Origin: Felis catus
Lineage: Eukaryota
Direction: 5' to 3'
Length of the DNA stretch: 64,000 nucleotides
Assembly: GCF_018350175.1 (NCBI RefSeq)
Contig: NC_058369.1
Location: 9,674,001 to 9,738,000 of the forward strand
Shown here in pieces: positions 61,801 through 64,000 of the stretch; position 1 is the stretch's first letter; every line of letters begins with the position of its first letter. A model generated the notes under the pieces. That model had not been told where the DNA came from and ran no database searches. It was given only the letters and a program-made list of their open reading frames with translations. A program made the translations under genes and the position numbers.

Positions 61801-63481
61801 AGCCAACAAGGTGGGCACCTACCAGCTGGCCATCGCTGCCAAGCACCACGGCATCCCCTTCTACGTGGCTGCCCCCAGCTCCTCGTGCGACCTCCATCTG
61901 GAGACAGGCAGGGACATTGTCATCGAGGAGCGCCCAGGGCGGGAGCTGACCGACGTCAACGGGGTCAGGATTGCAGCCCCCGGTAAGCCGGCCCCTTAGA
62001 GGTGGGCACCACGGCACCTGGGCACGTCCCTTTAGGCACCCTGGCCCCTTCCTGGGGGCAGGTGGATTTAGGGCATCACGGGCCTTCTGGGGCATAAGCG
62101 GCTCCTTCGACCCATTTCTTGGAACAGAAGCGTCTTGAAGGTCAGATTCAAGGTCGGAATGTACAACTAATGAGTTAGGAGACTTCAGGCAAGCTGTCCT
62201 GCCCTTCTCCATTTCGTTTTCCTCCCTTGAAGAAGAAATAAGAATACTGCCTAGCCCGGTGCCTGTGAAGAGACACTGATGCTCTCAGCTTCCCCAGCCC
62301 ACCTGGAGCAGGCTGCCTGAGCTCTCCCATCCCCAAGAGCCCCAGCGCTCACGTCTGTGAGATGCACTCTTACTGTGACCCGCCTCACAAACCCCGGGGT
62401 GGTCAGCGAATCAGCCCAGGTGACATGAACCGCGCCTGACCCTTACTTAGTGCTCATTAGGTAGTAACAATCATATGGGGCATCTGGGTGGCTCAGTCGG
62501 TTAAGCGTCGGACTTGAGCTCAGGTCATGATCTCACAGTTGGTGAATTCGAGCCCCGCATCGGGCTCTCTGCTGCCAGCTCAGAACCCACTTCAGATCCT
62601 CTGTCCCCCTCTGTCTCTGCCCCTCCCCCATGTGCACACACGCGCTCTCTCTCTCTCTCAAAAACAAACATTAAAAACAACAAGAACTGTGAGCCAGAGA
62701 AAATCGTTACGGGCCCCCAGTTTGCAGCCTCTTGTGTAAATGGTGGTTATTGACTCAGCAAATATTTTAGAGTACCTGACCGATGCTAGGTGCTGTGCTA
62801 AACGCAAGGGATACAGGTATGAAAAAGTCATAGAATCCCTGCTTTGTGGAGCTGACAATCCAAGATAAATAACAAAATCACTGTGTGTTAGAGGCGGGCA
62901 AGGGCTGAGGAGAAAAGGCAAGGAAAGGCACGGGAAGTGTTGGTGCAGGGAGATTTAGACAGAATGATTAGAGAAGGCGTCGCTGAGAAGGTGACATCTG
63001 AGCAAAGACCTGAAGGAAACGAAACAGTGAGTGAGTCGTGTGTATGTTGGAGGCAGAGGGGACTGCCCGTGCAAAGGCTCTCGGGTGGGCTCTGTGAGGT
63101 TCTTAATGCGATCCTTGGAGCAGGCGGAAGCGGGATAGATGTATGTAAGACTTCTAAACCTTCTGAGGCGATGCCAACAGGGTTATTACTGAGTGCTAAA
63201 ACCCACACCCTCATGCACTTGCAGAGTGACTATCCCCGGATTCTCAAGGATTCTCGAAGTCCCAGAACCCCCATGGGGGAGACGGGACACAACAGCTTGA
63301 GAGCTGTCACAGAGCCAAATACTGCCTTCTTGCCTCCTCCTTCTCTCCTGCAGGGATTGGGGTTTGGAATCCTGCCTTCGATGTCACCCCCCACAACCTC
63401 ATCACCGGCGGCATCATCACAGAACTGGGGGTCTTTGCTCCTGAGGAGCTCCGGGCAGCCCTAAGCACCACCGTCTCCTGA
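58757..63481 (+). CDS. MRI1: MRI1, methylthioribose-1-phosphate isomerase (methionine salvage; eIF-2B alpha-like family), 6 coding exons; 358 aa if the exon-1 single-base deletion is corrected
   Basis: Spliced translation contains [93 protein letters not shown] and WNPAFDVTP. All introns are GT-AG. Exon 1 is 131 nt rather than 132 (frameshift). Confidence 0.95.
58967..59205 (+). CDS. MRI1: MRI1 coding exon 2 ([11 protein letters not shown]...EETVRER)
   Basis: cctccag|GTG...GAGAG|gtaggg; 239 nt. Confidence 0.95.
60017..60192 (+). CDS. MRI1: MRI1 coding exon 3 ([12 protein letters not shown]...[17 protein letters not shown])
   Basis: gccccag|AGTG...CTGG|gtgagt; 176 nt. Confidence 0.95.
60315..60492 (-). 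mobile_element. CanSINE in MRI1 intron 3 (antisense)
   Basis: Reverse-complement SINE; TSD gtgaagtt(g/a)ttc. Confidence 0.9.
61503..61679 (+). CDS. MRI1: MRI1 coding exon 4 ([26 protein letters not shown]...AHRGVS)
   Basis: cctacag|GGGTG...TCAG|gtcagc; 177 nt. Confidence 0.94.
61758..61982 (+). CDS. MRI1: MRI1 coding exon 5 ([22 protein letters not shown]...VRIAAP)
   Basis: ctccccag|CCGTC...CCCG|gtaagc; 225 nt. Confidence 0.95.
62477..62685 (+). mobile_element. CanSINE in MRI1 intron 5 (sense)
   Basis: Head ggggcatctgggtggctcag, CT tract, A-rich tail. Confidence 0.9.
63354..63481 (+). CDS. MRI1: MRI1 last coding exon ([42 protein letters not shown])
   Basis: ctcctgcag|GGATT...; TGA at 63479-63481. 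Confidence 0.95.
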
Positions 63482-63558
63482 GGGCGGGTACCCCAGCTGG
63501 ACCCCAGAAGTAACCAAGCTGACTCTCCATATCCTGCCCCCATTCCCTTAGGTTTTGT

Positions 63559-63564
63559 AATAAA
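63559..63564 (+). terminator. MRI1: MRI1 polyadenylation signal (AATAAA)
   Basis: AATAAA ~80 nt after the stop codon. Confidence 0.7.
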
Positions 63565-64000
63565 CTTATTCATCGAATGGCTTGCCCCACAACTGGGTGG
63601 CTCACTTCTTCCTAGAGCAGGGAGAGCACACAGGGCCTTTGCATGGCTTTAGGAGCCCTGTAACTGGAGCCAGCCTGCCCAAGTTCAAAACCCAGCTCAG
63701 CCACTTTCTCTGCTGTGTGACCTTGGTCGAGTCACTTCACCTCCTCGTGCCTTGGTGTTCTCATGTATAAAATGTTCTCAGGTTGCTTCAGGGCCGGAAC
63801 TAGGATGGTGCCTGGGGTGCAGAATTTTAAACGGCACCCCAAAAAGCTCAGTAATCAAGTAACAGCTTCTTGCACGACTTGACCTTACCTCACCCCTGAC
63901 ACTGGCCCTCATTCCAAGAAAATCTTACTTGCGATCTCAGCCTGCTCTGCAGGCTGTGGTTTGACGATTTTACGTTTATGATACTAAAATTTTATGTTTC

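Noticed and set aside
61..62685. tRNA-like A/B-box sequences (tggctcagtcggtt...gttcgagccc)
   Set aside because: These are the tRNA-derived heads of SINEs, followed by CT tracts and A-tails, with no complete cloverleaf.
58757..63481. Calling MRI1 a pseudogene
   Set aside because: There is a single lesion in a homopolymer; all other exons, splice sites, the promoter and catalytic motifs are intact, so an artefact or recent allele is more likely.

Overview
Mammalian genomic DNA, almost certainly from a cat-family (Felidae) species: it carries roughly 70 carnivore tRNA-derived CanSINEs, including near-identical young SINEC_Fc-type copies. Bases ~1-45,300 are gene-poor and repeat-dense (CanSINE stacks, L1 remnants, MaLR/ERVL LTRs, MER DNA transposons, one solo ERV LTR nested inside a SINE). 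The right third holds two complete, tandem + strand spliced genes. YJU2B/CCDC130 has a CpG-island promoter near 47.2-47.7 kb, a non-coding first exon and 9 coding exons (48830-57446, 397 aa). MRI1 has 6 coding exons (58757-63481). This gene order matches, from memory, the human chr19p13 CACNA1A-YJU2B-MRI1 block. The most notable anomaly is a 1-nt deletion in a C-run in MRI1 exon 1 that frameshifts an otherwise intact gene; it is either an assembly homopolymer error or a real loss-of-function allele. A separate CpG island with RFX/NRF1/ETS motifs at ~40.8-41.3 kb is a candidate upstream promoter. I found no evidence of a new multi-gene system, and almost all entries in the ORF track are SINE-derived or GC-rich shadow ORFs. 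Repeat family names and boundaries are by eye and approximate.
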